DNA of 64,000 nt. It comes from an uncultured Anaerolineales bacterium (GTDB lineage: Bacteria; Chloroflexota; Anaerolineae; B4-G1). Made by a program: the position numbers and the translations under genes. The stretch lies in assembly GCA_964421785.1 (NCBI GenBank), contig CAYQZG010000001.1:73853-137852 (forward strand), read 5' to 3'. Each line of letters starts with the position of its first letter. The first letter of the stretch is position 1. Of the stretch, positions 19,602 to 28,793 are shown one piece after another. The notes beneath the pieces are model-generated. The model made no database searches and was not told the DNA's origin. It saw only the letters and a list, made by a program, of their open reading frames with translations.

Positions 19602-19642
19602 GTTTCGTTTAGAGGTTTGTTTAGAGGCCTATGCTAGTATTG
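19602..19642 (+). promoter_or_regulatory. candidate activator-dependent promoter: tandem direct repeats GTTTAGAGG (12-nt period) about 7 nt upstream of a TAGTAT -10-like hexamer
   Basis: Repeats at 19607-19615 and 19619-19627; -10-like TAGTAT 19635-19640. Layout resembles SARP box promoters, where the direct repeats replace the -35. Confidence 0.4.
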
Positions 19643-19682
19643 TTGCGTATCCGGAGCAGAACAAGATTAGCGAGAAGGGGGG

Positions 19683-19871
19683 ATGACTATGAGGCAAAGA
19701 ATACTTCAGGTGTTAGCAGGTCTAGCCATGGTATCTGTGCTCTTCCTCGGTCCAGTCGGGCCTGAGCTTGCAGCACGGTCGTTGGGACAAAGGCTCTATG
19801 CAACTGACCCTGCTAGATCAGCTGGCCCGATGTCGCTATGCGGTATCGATGGCGGTGGTAGTGGGGCCTAA
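19683..19871 (+). CDS. small hypothetical protein with N-terminal hydrophobic (signal/TM-like) segment; coding status uncertain
   Basis: 62-aa ORF preceded by strong RBS GAAGGGGGG; hydrophobic N-terminus ILQVLAGLAMVSVLFLG; codon usage (GC3) atypical for this genome. Confidence 0.25.
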   Translation: MTMRQRILQVLAGLAMVSVLFLGPVGPELAARSLGQRLYATDPARSAGPMSLCGIDGGGSGA

Positions 19872-19882
19872 GGGGGAATGAC

Positions 19883-20110
19883 GTGCCACGAAAAGTTGAC
19901 GAACTGATGTGGCGTGCATTGACTGATGCTGCCTTCCGGGAAGGGCTCATGAACGGCCAACGACGGGAATTGGTCGATGCTATGGGGTTGACCGGAGCGG
20001 AGCGAGAGGCAGTGCTGACGGTGGAGGCCGAGTCGCTTGAGGACTTCGCCGGTGCGCTTTGTCAATCCTGTGCCAAGTCATCAATTATACAGGGGGGCAG
20101 TGTCATTTGA
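19883..20110 (+). CDS. small peptide with NHLP/Nif11-type leader-like domain (candidate RiPP-type precursor or small regulatory protein)
   Basis: 75 aa, GTG start 7 nt after AGGGGG RBS; motif ALTDAAFREGLMNGQRRELVDAMGLTGAEREAVL matches the NHLP leader consensus (AWxDxxFKxxLLxNPKxALxxxGVxLPxGVEI) position by position; Cys/Ser-containing C-terminus (CQSCAKSSIIQGGSVI). Confidence 0.4.
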   Translation: MPRKVDELMWRALTDAAFREGLMNGQRRELVDAMGLTGAEREAVLTVEAESLEDFAGALCQSCAKSSIIQGGSVI

Positions 20111-20142
20111 GCGTACATACGGGAAGCACTGTGTCCCATACA

Positions 20143-20382
20143 ATGCTTAGACAACTGGTTGGCCTGGCCTTGGTCGATAGAGCGTTCTGCGACGACTTGA
20201 TGAACGGTAAGCGGCTTGCACTCCTGGCCGAATTCGATCTTACCGACGAGGAACGAGAGATCGTGGCGTCCTTTGAGACGGGGTCGGTGCGGGAGCTTGC
20301 CATAACTGTACACAACTGGCTCAAGAAGCAGGACAGCCCGGCCTCTCCTCACGTAGACTGCAGCACGACTCAAGTTCTGTAG
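20143..20382 (+). CDS. second, paralogous NHLP/Nif11-leader-like small peptide
   Basis: Aligns with upstream peptide (ALVDRAFCDDLMNGKRLALLAEFDLTDEEREIV); alternative starts GTG 20131 / TTG 20059. Distinct C-terminus (HNWLKKQDSPASPHVDCSTTQVL). Confidence 0.4.
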   Translation: MLRQLVGLALVDRAFCDDLMNGKRLALLAEFDLTDEEREIVASFETGSVRELAITVHNWLKKQDSPASPHVDCSTTQVL

Positions 20383-20389
20383 GAATTCT

Positions 20390-20935
20390 GTGTCTGAGTC
20401 ACGTTATCTGTATGAGGGGAACGGACGGGCATATCTTGGCGAGGTGCCCTTATGTTTGGAGGGATTCCTAGTCGAGAGCTTGGCCTATGGCTTGCTGCAG
20501 GTTTTTGGTGTCAAGGGGCCACCTGTGCCTGTGCGAGATATGGTACGGGATCCTCACCCGGTCTTTGAGCGCTTGAGCCTGTTGGAGCTCAATATCGGTC
20601 TGTACGATGCCGTCTATCGATCGTTGGTCAATGGCTCGCGTCTGATCGCGGTCGATCTGGGCCATCCACTCGCCGTTCAGCGCTTTGCAATGGCCAGGGA
20701 GCTTTACGTGGCTTTCTGTTGTTCCCATCGCGCGGTTGAGTTGGATTGGCCTGATCGGGATCACCCACGAATGCACAGTAGTTTCTTCGCTCGTTGTCTG
20801 CTGATGCCAGCAGCGTGGGTGAAACACGTCGGTGCCAGGACTGGCTCTCTGGCAGAGCTGGCTGCTGTTTTCGGCGTTTCAACCAAGATGATGACCCTTA
20901 GGATGCAGGAAACAGACACAGAGCTTACAGCGTAG
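20390..20935 (+). CDS. ImmA/IrrE (DUF955)-like domain protein, apparently lacking the HEXXH catalytic motif
   Basis: C-terminal region SFFARCLLMPAAWV...LAELAAVFGVSTKMMTLRMQE resembles ImmA/IrrE family (ANxFAaeLLMP...fgVS); position of HEXXH occupied by 'AMARELY...CCSH'. Confidence 0.4.
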   Translation: MSESRYLYEGNGRAYLGEVPLCLEGFLVESLAYGLLQVFGVKGPPVPVRDMVRDPHPVFERLSLLELNIGLYDAVYRSLVNGSRLIAVDLGHPLAVQRFAMARELYVAFCCSHRAVELDWPDRDHPRMHSSFFARCLLMPAAWVKHVGARTGSLAELAAVFGVSTKMMTLRMQETDTELTA

Positions 20936-21070
20936 AGTCGATTCTGCCCATCTATCGAAACCATGAAGCGGGCGGCGGCCCCTGGCGGTCTGAGACAGAC
21001 TTAAGGGGAGCTGCGGCTCGCTTCTCTGTCGATAGCTTGAGGCCAAGGGTTTACGGGTCACCAGCGATTC

Positions 21071-21916
21071 GTGACCGATCATACTATGATAGATGGATTG
21101 GGCTTTTCGCGGGTGGGGCATCTAGCACTCGCCGGTGCTCTGATAGCCTGTGTTCTCATTGCGTGTTCCTCTCCCACTGATCCCACTTGGGATCGTGTGC
21201 GGGAGACAAGAACACTCCGCGTGGGCATGGACGCGAGTTTTCCACCCTTTGAGAGCATTGCTGCGGACGGCTCTCTGGTAGGGTTCGACGTGGATCTAGC
21301 CCGAGAGCTAAGTAGGCGTTTGGACGTGGAACCTCGCTTCGTAGCCAATCTGCCCTATGATGGCCTCTACGATGCGCTAACGGCCGGGCGCGTCGATATT
21401 GTGATCTCTGCATTGGTTGTCGATCCGTCCCGCATGGGCGACTACGCGTATTCGAGGATCTACTTCGATGCCGGTCAGGTTCTCGTGTCACGCACTGAAC
21501 AGAGAGCCAGCGACTCTATGGCGGATCTTGGTGGGCATCGTCTGGGTGTCGTTCTTGGGACAGAAGGGGATCGAGAGGGACGGCGGTGGGCACGGCGCTT
21601 GGAAGGCCTAGTTGTCGTGCAGTATCGAACGCCGGCTCGGGCTTTGAGTGCGCTCGAGGAGGGAGAGACAGATGTTGTTTTGGTCGATCACGTCTCAGCG
21701 CTGCAGGCGATGGGTGAGGGAAAGGATCTGGTCATCATTGGAAAGCCGGTGGTTGAGGTCCCCTATGCTTGTGCCATGCGACGCGACAGCGTGCAACTGC
21801 TCCGGGCAGTCAACGAGGCATTGGTGGCTATGGAGGACGATGGTACGATGGACGCGTTGATATCCAAGTGGCTCAGATGGACAGCCGGTACAGCCAATCT
21901 ACGGTTGGGAAGGTAG
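21071..21916 (+). CDS. ABC transporter substrate-binding lipoprotein, family 3 (amino-acid type), orphan (no adjacent permease/ATPase)
   Basis: Lipobox LIACSS; PBPb-like motifs (LRVGMDASFPPFE, GFDVDLARELSRRL, ...DIVISALVV). Confidence 0.7.
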   Translation: MTDHTMIDGLGFSRVGHLALAGALIACVLIACSSPTDPTWDRVRETRTLRVGMDASFPPFESIAADGSLVGFDVDLARELSRRLDVEPRFVANLPYDGLYDALTAGRVDIVISALVVDPSRMGDYAYSRIYFDAGQVLVSRTEQRASDSMADLGGHRLGVVLGTEGDREGRRWARRLEGLVVVQYRTPARALSALEEGETDVVLVDHVSALQAMGEGKDLVIIGKPVVEVPYACAMRRDSVQLLRAVNEALVAMEDDGTMDALISKWLRWTAGTANLRLGR

Positions 21917-21941
21917 GTCGGGACTGGCTCCCGATCCGGCC

Positions 21942-24900
21942 TTAGGGGAGTGTGATGTTGCTCGGCAGGAGCAGGCGATTGTCTGATAGCGGTGCACCCT
22001 CGCTGTCTACGGCTTGGAGTCGCTGCTTTGTGTCGGGATCGTACCAGCCGACGGCGAGGTCGTAGCTCCCGGGCGCCACGTCCTTCGTTGGGAGGTCGAC
22101 TTCGTCTGAGACCACCTCACCCGCGGTCCATTGACCGGTTGGATAGCTGAATCCTCGAGGCATCGTATCCACTTGGGAAGCAGGTTCACCGGTCTCTGGA
22201 TCGGCCAGGTGAACGAAGAACATGTAGTGGCGGTCCGGTGTTTTAAGCGCCTGCCAATAGAGTGTCAGATGGAGGCTCTCCCTACCCTGTGTCAGATCAT
22301 ATCCTGCCAGCTCGATCATATCGCCGAAACGGGCTTCCACGTTTCTGTCCATCTCAGGCAACTTCCAAACGCGCTCTCGTTCTCGGATCCTCACGGAAGC
22401 GGGGTGGGTATAGGAGCCGATTGATGCTCCACCTTTCGGTTCTCTGAGCGTGAGAGAGAGCGTGTAGTCGCCCGGTGGGGACGTTGGAGGGATTGTCAGG
22501 GATGCGCGCCCAGCGACCCAGGCATCGGCTGGCCATTTCTTCGGGGAGGATCCAGGAGCCATTGGTTGTGTGCTGGAGATGCTTCGTTCAGATCCCTCCA
22601 ATTGCCATTCGACCATATAGTCCTGCGAGGGTTTCTTCACGGTCGACCAGTGGGCGGTTGCCTCCAGTTTTTCTCCCTGCCAGACACTTGGTGGTATCTC
22701 GACCCGGTTGAGCACAAGCTCCTCCCCGAACCGAGCCGCAGGGGGCACGTCAGGTCGTCCTGCGGTCCGTGTCAGGCTAATGGGGGTTGCGTACTGCCCG
22801 ATGCTTTCCCAAGTTGCTACGCGGTAAAGGTCGATGGTGAGCGTGTAGGTGTCGCCGGGCGGTACTCCGGGCAGCACGGCCGGGATGTGACGATCCTCGA
22901 TGACGTTATGGAGGGGCCAGAGACTGGTGGGCAGAAAGCCATAACCTGGTTGGGTATCGTAGCCCGGCCGGTCGCCTTGATGCAACCACTCGTTATTTGC
23001 GGCATCGGTCAGGCTCAGGCTGAGGCCGTAGTTGGCGGCGATGGGTTTCACGGCGGACCAGTCGAGTTGGACGTGGAGTCGATCAGGGGCAGGTTGTGTG
23101 GTTTGGACGTCGTGCAAGCGCACGGTGCCATTGGCAAACGTGGCGCGCACAGGCTCTTCTGCGCATGTCCGATCGCGCTTTATCCATATTGGCCGTAAGT
23201 AGACCGGGGACGTGTCGTTGATCTGGAGCAGGTAGATACCCGGTGCTGTTCCCTGCGGAACCGAGAGGGTTATGGTGGTGCTGCCCCTGACGCCAGGGTC
23301 AGACTGCTGCCGATTGAGAGCGATCGGTGCCTCTGCTGTGGCTGGTACCTCGTCTCTTCGTATTGCCGCTGGCGAGAGCAGACGTAACTCTGCAGGAGAT
23401 ATCGCGGAGACGACTGCTGGGTTGTCTTTGTCCCTCCTCCAGTTGAGAGTCACTGCGAAGTCTTTCCCCGGGGTGATTCCTTCGTCAGGGGGAGATTCAA
23501 GGCTTCCGTAGCTGTAGCCGGTCAGTCGCCACCCTTCGAAGGGCACACCGTCTGGATTGTGATGGAGATATGGCTTCTCCTCAAAATCCATTGTCAGATC
23601 GTGGCTAGAGGTGGAGGTAACGCGAGGGTGAAAAGCCGTCACCAGTGACAAGATCACGACGAAGGGCAGATAAGGAGCTGTAGCGTGTCGATTACAGGTT
23701 GCCAATCCCGATATTTCACGTCCATTCTGTCTTCTTTTTCCCTCTTCTTCTTGGTTCCATGGCTCAACACAGAGGACAAGGATCATCAGCATGGCGATAA
23801 GGGATGCGATTTCGGCTCCGAGGCGTAGCGGTGTGCGGCCTAAGCGAATCTTGACTATGTGTGATCCTGGAGGAATGTACAGACTGAGGTAACCTGAGCC
23901 AATGGCCGGCTCTACCTCCATGCGCTTTCCATCCACGACGGCTTGCCAGCCGGGCCAGTAGTAGAGGGGGAAAGCGACCTTCGAGCCCTCGCTTCCTGTC
24001 TCCACGTGCCAGATCCGGCGTGTTGGTTTGCGATCGAGCCTCTTTGCACCGAGGAGCGTTCCATTGATGGGCATGGCACGGGGCCGGGCATCGGGCGAGA
24101 CTTGCTCTGGTCCGATGTAGGGGCGAGGTTTTACCCACTTGGGCAGATACTCATGCCGGATGGTTGAGCCGATATTGCCGGTGAAAAGCTCATACAAATG
24201 CAGTCGCTCAGGGTTTACGTCGTCGGCGCTGATGGGCAGGTAGTCAGGCTGGAGGCCGACCAGCACTGCTGTCGTCAGCAGGATCCCCAACGCAAGAGCG
24301 CAAGCCCAGGCAAGATAGCGGTGTTGGAATCTGATATGGGAGACGGCAGCGCCGGTCAGCAGCGCGGTGAAGAGGGCTTGAATGGAGAGGAAACGCCACG
24401 GGAATTGGGCCATTGACAGCAGGGGAAGGTGGTCCCAAACCGACTGCGAAAGAGGCGTAATCAACCAGGTGCTGAGAAGGAGGCCCAGAAGACTGAAGCC
24501 CAGCTTCATTATGTCCGGATGGTGTGCCTGGAGCTGAGAGTCGAGCTCTTTGGGCTTACCGTGCCGGGTGACGAGTTGTGAGCTAATCCCTCTGAACGAT
24601 ACAATGAGGGCGCCAGCCACTGCCAGTATGGCCTGCAGCAATCCCATTGCGAAGGGGGAAGTGGCACTTTGTCCTGTGGCGTAATCGAACAGGACCTTCC
24701 ACTGCACGAGATCAGTTCCCCGGAAGTGATTGCCATAGAAGAAGTAACCGGTGGTTTGAGCACTGAGTTGGACGTACTTGGTCTCCGCCAGGGCCGGCAG
24801 CCAGAACCAGGCTGAGAGCAGCAGGGCTAGCAACAAGGGGGATGTGAGGAGTGAGCAACGGGCGATGGCCCTCCCGAACGGGTAATCTGGCCCTGAGCTC

Positions 24901-25568
24901 GTCGTACGCGTGATGTGAAGCGTCACATAAAGGAGGATGAAGGGCGAAAAGATGAGGGCGGAGACGTTGTGGGTGACGATGAGGCCAGCGTAAGCCAGGG
25001 CTGGGAATAGGGCCCTCCGTGCAGATGGCTGCAAAGCGAGCCGATCGAATCCCCAGAGGATGAGGGGATAGAAGGCGAAAGCCGCGAATTCAGAGAGGGA
25101 GTCTCCGCGTACGTAGATGTTGATGAGGTGGAACGGGGCTGATATGTAGGCCACAGCGGCAAGCCAGGCTCCAGGACGGCTGCGGAGGACCTTTTTGGTC
25201 CAGTGGTACATCGCTAGGGCCGATACTGCCAGGAAGAGGGTCTGCGTCAGTTTGATTGCCGTGAGGATATCCAGGCCGAGGACCGCAAAGCCTGCAGCGA
25301 GGTAGTATGGCAGGGCTGCGTAATAGCTGAAGAAGGGGTAGCCAAACCCATAGGCTGCATCGGGCATCCATCGAACCGGAAATACACCGGCGCGCAGATT
25401 GGCTGCAAGCTGATGCGTGCGAAGCAACAGGAAAGGGCTATCACCGCCTCCGCGCGTGTTCAGCAGGCCAGCGCCCCATACTGGACCTGCCGCAAGCAGT
25501 GACAAAAGCAGGAGCGTCGCCGGGGGAATGATCCGTTCCCAGGCGACGCTCCGTGAAGCGGTCTTCAT
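21942..25568 (-). CDS. large (1208 aa) polytopic membrane protein with big extracytoplasmic C-terminal domain; putative GT-C-type glycosyltransferase/YfhO-like
   Basis: About 14 predicted TM helices in N-terminal 600 aa by hydrophobicity, then long soluble region; family assignment tentative. Confidence 0.45.
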   Translation of the reverse strand: MKTASRSVAWERIIPPATLLLLSLLAAGPVWGAGLLNTRGGGDSPFLLLRTHQLAANLRAGVFPVRWMPDAAYGFGYPFFSYYAALPYYLAAGFAVLGLDILTAIKLTQTLFLAVSALAMYHWTKKVLRSRPGAWLAAVAYISAPFHLINIYVRGDSLSEFAAFAFYPLILWGFDRLALQPSARRALFPALAYAGLIVTHNVSALIFSPFILLYVTLHITRTTSSGPDYPFGRAIARCSLLTSPLLLALLLSAWFWLPALAETKYVQLSAQTTGYFFYGNHFRGTDLVQWKVLFDYATGQSATSPFAMGLLQAILAVAGALIVSFRGISSQLVTRHGKPKELDSQLQAHHPDIMKLGFSLLGLLLSTWLITPLSQSVWDHLPLLSMAQFPWRFLSIQALFTALLTGAAVSHIRFQHRYLAWACALALGILLTTAVLVGLQPDYLPISADDVNPERLHLYELFTGNIGSTIRHEYLPKWVKPRPYIGPEQVSPDARPRAMPINGTLLGAKRLDRKPTRRIWHVETGSEGSKVAFPLYYWPGWQAVVDGKRMEVEPAIGSGYLSLYIPPGSHIVKIRLGRTPLRLGAEIASLIAMLMILVLCVEPWNQEEEGKRRQNGREISGLATCNRHATAPYLPFVVILSLVTAFHPRVTSTSSHDLTMDFEEKPYLHHNPDGVPFEGWRLTGYSYGSLESPPDEGITPGKDFAVTLNWRRDKDNPAVVSAISPAELRLLSPAAIRRDEVPATAEAPIALNRQQSDPGVRGSTTITLSVPQGTAPGIYLLQINDTSPVYLRPIWIKRDRTCAEEPVRATFANGTVRLHDVQTTQPAPDRLHVQLDWSAVKPIAANYGLSLSLTDAANNEWLHQGDRPGYDTQPGYGFLPTSLWPLHNVIEDRHIPAVLPGVPPGDTYTLTIDLYRVATWESIGQYATPISLTRTAGRPDVPPAARFGEELVLNRVEIPPSVWQGEKLEATAHWSTVKKPSQDYMVEWQLEGSERSISSTQPMAPGSSPKKWPADAWVAGRASLTIPPTSPPGDYTLSLTLREPKGGASIGSYTHPASVRIRERERVWKLPEMDRNVEARFGDMIELAGYDLTQGRESLHLTLYWQALKTPDRHYMFFVHLADPETGEPASQVDTMPRGFSYPTGQWTAGEVVSDEVDLPTKDVAPGSYDLAVGWYDPDTKQRLQAVDSEGAPLSDNRLLLPSNITLP

Positions 25569-25614
25569 CTCTGAGTCTGCCTCCGAGTTGAGGCGAACTC
25601 AAGGAGCATAGCAA

Positions 25615-27189
25615 CTAATAGCGGCGGCGTCGGGTCAAAAAGAAGAGCACAGCGATAGCTCCAGCCAAGATCAGGACGAGAACGCCCGCTACTCTCGCCA
25701 CGTTGGTCAGGACGTTGCCCAACCAGCCATTGCCATTGGTGTCAGCTACGCTCTCATCGCCCGATGAGGTCGCACCGCTGGTCTCCTGGTTTGCTTCTTC
25801 TGAGCTTGCCGCCGCTGTGGTTCGCGTGTTGCCGAACTGGAGGTCGAAGCTTGTACCTTCTGCCAGGGCGACGTTTTGTTCGGGCAAGCCGGTCGGCTGA
25901 TAGCCGGCGGGAGCTTGTTGAATCACTCGATAGGAGCCAGGAGCCAATCCGGTGAAGCAGTAGGGCTCATTGACCCCGTCTGATGTGTACTCTGCCACGA
26001 CACCGGCGGTGGTGGCGAGGGTGAAGTCGACGTTGGGCAGTAGTTCTTCGTTATCGGGATCTCGCACTGTGTCGCCATTCCGGTCGTGAAAGGCGAGCAC
26101 GCAGACCGAAGCTCCCTCCTGCGCCGGGGTAGGTGATGGCACGGTCTCTCCCTCAGATTGCGGTGTGGCTGTCGGGGGTTGGGGAAGCGGTGTTGCGGTT
26201 GGTGCCTCGCTCGGGACTGAGATGACCAGTTCTTGTCCCACGCGGATCAGATTGTTAGGGCCAATCGAGCCGGCGTTAAGCTGCTGGAGCATGTCCACCG
26301 ACATATCATACTGGTAAGCAATGCTGCTTAGTGTCTCTCCGCTCTGAACAACATGGACAATCGATCCATCTGGGCGCGGGGTTGGGGTGGGAAGGGGCGT
26401 GGGTGAGGGGCCCGGTGTCGCCGTGGGCGGAGGTGGCAATGGCGTAGGGGTGGGTGTCTGCGCCATGCCGAGCGGCTCCAACCTCAGGGCATCCATGAAG
26501 ATGCCGTTGTTATCAAGTCCCCACTTTGAGGCATACTCAACAAAGACGGTCATGTCCGCAGCCGTAGCGACGAAATTGAACTGTAGTGTGGTGCGACCGA
26601 GGTAGAACGGCGAAGTGTTCGTGGGGTCTGCCCAGTTGCTGAAGTTGATAGCGCCCTCATCCTGCCAGTTGGCGCCGACCGGTCCCGCGCCAAGACGAAC
26701 TTGAGCTGAAAAGGGATCGCTCGGGGCAACCTTCTGCCCGTCCCACTCGAACGTATCTACAAACACCGGCACCACAAAGCGATACTCCCGGCCAACTTCC
26801 AGGCCACTCACGTCTTGGGATATTCCCACGTGTATGGGAGCCTTAGCCCAGAACATCTTCAGGGTGTAGTCGCCATCCCAGAAGAAGATATCGTGCTCAT
26901 CCGGGGGAACCTGGGTCCTCGGCAAGACGCGGCTTTCCGGGCGGACAGTGACGTTATTGGCGTCGCCCATAGATTCGCCTTCTGTCCAGTGCATCTCCCA
27001 TTCATTGGGTGCTTGCTGCGTGCCACTTACATCGTACCAACCTTGCTCAAAGCCACCGTTCCTGAGAAGGTTCTGTTGCTCTTGGGCCTGGGTCCCCTGC
27101 GGAAACGCGGCAAGCACCACTGTCGCGACCATGTTCAAGACCAGGATACCCCTCAGAATGGGGCACATGCTGTTCTTAGCCACCTTCAT
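25615..27189 (-). CDS. secreted LysM domain protein with PT-rich linker, CnaB/SdrD-B-like domain and C-terminal TM anchor
   Basis: Signal peptide after internal Met (MKVAKNS...AFPQGTQAQ); LysM (VHVVQSGETLSSIAYQYDMSVDMLQQLN); SdrD-B-like segment (HDRNGDTVRDPDNEELLPNVDFTL...GSYRV); terminal hydrophobic helix + RRRRY. Confidence 0.6.
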   Translation of the reverse strand: MKVAKNSMCPILRGILVLNMVATVVLAAFPQGTQAQEQQNLLRNGGFEQGWYDVSGTQQAPNEWEMHWTEGESMGDANNVTVRPESRVLPRTQVPPDEHDIFFWDGDYTLKMFWAKAPIHVGISQDVSGLEVGREYRFVVPVFVDTFEWDGQKVAPSDPFSAQVRLGAGPVGANWQDEGAINFSNWADPTNTSPFYLGRTTLQFNFVATAADMTVFVEYASKWGLDNNGIFMDALRLEPLGMAQTPTPTPLPPPPTATPGPSPTPLPTPTPRPDGSIVHVVQSGETLSSIAYQYDMSVDMLQQLNAGSIGPNNLIRVGQELVISVPSEAPTATPLPQPPTATPQSEGETVPSPTPAQEGASVCVLAFHDRNGDTVRDPDNEELLPNVDFTLATTAGVVAEYTSDGVNEPYCFTGLAPGSYRVIQQAPAGYQPTGLPEQNVALAEGTSFDLQFGNTRTTAAASSEEANQETSGATSSGDESVADTNGNGWLGNVLTNVARVAGVLVLILAGAIAVLFFLTRRRRY

Positions 27190-27356
27190 CCTCCCTCGAT
27201 CAATACACCTTTCTGGGAAATCCACGAATGGTTGTTCTGACACTCTACGCGGGCTATGGCGCATCAGAGATGACACCTGCTGCCTAGCTCCAACGCTCCA
27301 GCTTGTTCCAGCTGGGGAATGATTTTAGCACATTTGACCAAAAGCACAAAGCGGGT

Positions 27357-28793
27357 CTATGATCGGCCGGTTAACCATCTGCCTGCACCCTGTGCTAGGA
27401 GCACAAGTCCCTCTAAGAGCCAGAGTAGTGGGAGATTTCCCACGTTGCGGAAGATCTGACCGAGGAGATAGGACCAATTTCCTGGCTTGGCGATCATTGG
27501 ATTGAGCTGGGCAAGATCCAGATCGTAGTTGTACGATAGACCAATGTGCAGGAAGATGTTGCGTACGGACAGGAAAAGCACCCCGTATAGGATCAAGTAG
27601 GCGACGGCCAGCCATGCCGGACGTTCGCTCCAACCTTGGATCTCTTCGATGCAGAATGCGAGAGGAATGCACCAGAGGGCCAGGAAAGGCGCCAGATAGC
27701 GCCCATCAGCGGTGAACCCATGGAACGTGCGATGCTTGGCGAACAGCATCAGGTAGACCAGGAAGAGCCCCAGCGTCAGGGTGGCTTCGCGCCTTGCGCG
27801 ACGGACATACGACCCCATCCCGAGAACCGATAGGAGGAGCACCGGCGAGAGGAGGAAGAGCCCTTGGTTGTAGCAGGTGGGATCGCACCATCCACCTCCT
27901 TCTCCCCAGACGAGCATGGCCCGCAGGCCTTTACCCAAAGGAAAATTGAACGTCTCTAAGAACTTCCCAGCCCAAGGGTAGTTGATCGCGTAGTCGTAGG
28001 ACAAAGCGAAAGGGGAACCGAAATTGCTCGTGTTGTAGAAGGCCAAGAACGCGGCCGGGAGAAGGCCCCCGCCGATGAAGAGGGCTAGGTATGCAAACCT
28101 GCTTGTGGACGGGGACGATGAAACCGTGAGCAACAGATAGAGCCCAACAGCAGCCACCAGGATGACGTTGGAGTACTCGACGAGTACGGCGCAGCCGACG
28201 AGACCCCCTAATGCCAGTGGCACTATCCGATGGAGGTTGGACGCACGGCCTGCGCGGATGGCCAGGTAGACTGACCCCATCACCAGCAGCGCCGAAGGAG
28301 CGTGTGAAAACAGCACGCTGCTGTACTTCCAGTGTATCGTGCCCAGGCCGAGGGTCAAGCTGGTCGTCAGGGCACTGAAGACGGATAAGTTTGACTCGCG
28401 AAGCAGAACGTAGAGGAGCAAAACAACACCTGTTCCAGCCCATATGGGAACCAGCATCACGTAGAGCAGACGCGGATTATGGGGATCGTGGCGCGAATCC
28501 AGTGGCGATAGCGGGGGGGGCAACACGTTGCCGATCTTGTAGAACGCGCTGGCGATCAGGGCCGTGCCCGGGGGCCGATCGCTGAATAGCTTTCCCTCTC
28601 GACGGGCGATATCGTTGCCCTCAGCATACTGATCGTAGCTCTCGATGGTGAATTGTCCTTCCTCCGCCAGAGCACGCGTTAAGGCATAATGGCTTCCATC
28701 GTTGCTGCACGTGATCCCCACCACAGTGGCGAAGTAGATCGACGAGACGACGAGGAAGAGTGTTGTGCAAAGAATTCGATCAGTCTGCGTCAT
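27357..28793 (-). CDS. polytopic membrane protein, putative GT-C fold glycosyltransferase
   Basis: 478 aa, about 12 TM helices, short loops; overlaps next gene start by 14 nt (operon). Confidence 0.45.
   Translation of the reverse strand: MTQTDRILCTTLFLVVSSIYFATVVGITCSNDGSHYALTRALAEEGQFTIESYDQYAEGNDIARREGKLFSDRPPGTALIASAFYKIGNVLPPPLSPLDSRHDPHNPRLLYVMLVPIWAGTGVVLLLYVLLRESNLSVFSALTTSLTLGLGTIHWKYSSVLFSHAPSALLVMGSVYLAIRAGRASNLHRIVPLALGGLVGCAVLVEYSNVILVAAVGLYLLLTVSSSPSTSRFAYLALFIGGGLLPAAFLAFYNTSNFGSPFALSYDYAINYPWAGKFLETFNFPLGKGLRAMLVWGEGGGWCDPTCYNQGLFLLSPVLLLSVLGMGSYVRRARREATLTLGLFLVYLMLFAKHRTFHGFTADGRYLAPFLALWCIPLAFCIEEIQGWSERPAWLAVAYLILYGVLFLSVRNIFLHIGLSYNYDLDLAQLNPMIAKPGNWSYLLGQIFRNVGNLPLLWLLEGLVLLAQGAGRWLTGRS

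Noticed and set aside
22566-23198. 210-aa + strand ORF inside the large membrane protein gene
   Set aside because: Opposite-strand artefact; the minus-strand ORF is continuous for 1208 aa with coherent TM topology
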